This document shows, in pieces, positions 63,318 to 64,000 of a stretch of DNA of 64,000 bases. Where the stretch lies: assembly GCA_944385885.1 (NCBI GenBank), contig CALWYY010000095.1:10634-74633 (forward strand), given 5' to 3'. Position numbers and translations under genes: made by a program. Under the pieces are notes generated by a model. The model saw only the letters and a list, made by a program, of their open reading frames with translations. It ran no database searches and had not been told where the DNA came from. Within the stretch, counting starts at the first letter, position 1. Each line of letters starts with the position of its first letter. Source of the DNA: an uncultured Oscillospiraceae bacterium. GTDB lineage: Bacteria > Bacillota > Clostridia > Oscillospirales > Oscillospiraceae.

Positions 63318-64000
63318 TCAGGCTATCAAAGATTCGATTAGATCCAACACTTGGGAAATGGGAATAGCGTACCCCATGCCTTCAACATCGGTGGAGGATA
63401 CTTTCGCTGTATTGATCCCTACAAGCTCGCCGTTCATGTTGAGTAACGCTCCCCCGCTATTGCCAGGATTGATGGCTGCGTCCGTCTGGATGTATGTGGA
63501 AGCACCTGTTTCCGTGCTGATCGTGCGGCCCAATGCGCTGACGATGCCCGTTGTCACGGATTGCCCGTATCCAAGGGCGTTTCCGATCGCTACGATCTGT
63601 TCGCCCACTGCCAATTCCTCCGAATCTCCAATGGCAACGACGGATATCTGGGAAAGGGTTTCCGAGGACAGCGCACCGATCGAAACCTTCAACAAAGCAA
63701 TATCCATGGGCTCATCATAGCCGCACAACTCAGCCTCATAGGTCTGGTCGTCTACAAACGTAACGGAAAGCGTTATGGCGCCTTCCACCACGTGGTAATT
63801 GGTCACCATATACAAATAGTCGTCATTGGCGTAGATGATTACGCCCGATCCGCAGCTGGTGGTCTCCTGCAACTGCGTTTGGACACGCCCGTTCCGCCCA
63901 AACTGGCCAAAATAGCTTTGTACCTCCTGGACCGAGATGTTCGTTACCGCTACAACGGAGGTCAAGCCCTGCGCGGCGATCCCCGACACATCAAGAGACT
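63318..64000 (-). CDS. S1C (HtrA/DegP-like trypsin-fold) serine protease, 5' end outside the window
   Basis: Catalytic triad contexts TNYHVV, DIALLKV and GNSGGALLN are all present. The frame is open to the window edge. Confidence 0.88.
   Translation of the reverse strand, partial: SLDVSGIAAQGLTSVVAVTNISVQEVQSYFGQFGRNGRVQTQLQETTSCGSGVIIYANDDYLYMVTNYHVVEGAITLSVTFVDDQTYEAELCGYDEPMDIALLKVSIGALSSETLSQISVVAIGDSEELAVGEQIVAIGNALGYGQSVTTGIVSALGRTISTETGASTYIQTDAAINPGNSGGALLNMNGELVGINTAKVSSTDVEGMGYAIPISQVLDLIESLIA

Noticed and set aside
53851-64000. Integrated prophage or ICE at tRNA-Pro
   Set aside because: No integrase, recombinase, phage structural gene, conjugation gene or repeat of the tRNA 3' end is visible in the window. 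Only the compositional and functional shift is reported.
1-64000. CRISPR arrays, IS elements and large dispersed repeats
   Set aside because: Scanning by eye found no regularly spaced direct repeats and no transposase-like ORFs. The only tandem repeats are the short coding ones in prkC and the ispH/S1 linker.

Overview
High-GC chromosome segment of Clostridia type (spot counts on single 60-nt lines give about 65% G+C). The gene content suggests a spore-former, likely from the Oscillospiraceae/Ruminococcaceae neighbourhood. Coding density is very high and almost everything is transcribed on the minus strand. The exceptions are asd-dapA-SGNH-mpg, a DUF1540 gene and a tRNA.

Positions 1-53.6 kb are a run of conserved housekeeping and sporulation genes: queA; asd-dapA; yebC; a SipL-like gene; the block rsgA-prkC-stp-rlmN-rsmB-fmt-def-priA-rpoZ-gmk-remA-yicC; cdaA-cdaR; ispF-ispD-carD; the ispH/S1 fusion-plsC-cmk block; rluB; dacB; ytfJ; scpAB; engB-lon-clpX-clpP-tig; thrC; and yraN-rnhB-ylqF-lepB-rplS. 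An uncharacterised radical-SAM pair follows rplS. The many long antisense ORFs in the six-frame track are high-GC artefacts.

At 53,775 a tRNA-Pro(CGG) with a consensus promoter and a terminator marks a sharp boundary. From there to the window end the DNA is visibly more AT-rich (spot counts about 32-45% G+C) and the genes are accessory:
- an ECF sigma / polytopic membrane protein / ABC transporter module;
- a decayed non-coding stretch;
- an operon coupling a phosphodiester glycosidase and a small membrane protein to a small alarmone synthetase, preceded by a structured leader;
- a protease / VTC (polyphosphate-polymerase-like) / DUF4956 / beta-helix lipoprotein cluster.

The VTC cluster is my best candidate for an uncharacterised system. 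No CRISPR array, transposase, integrase or recognisable defence system is visible.
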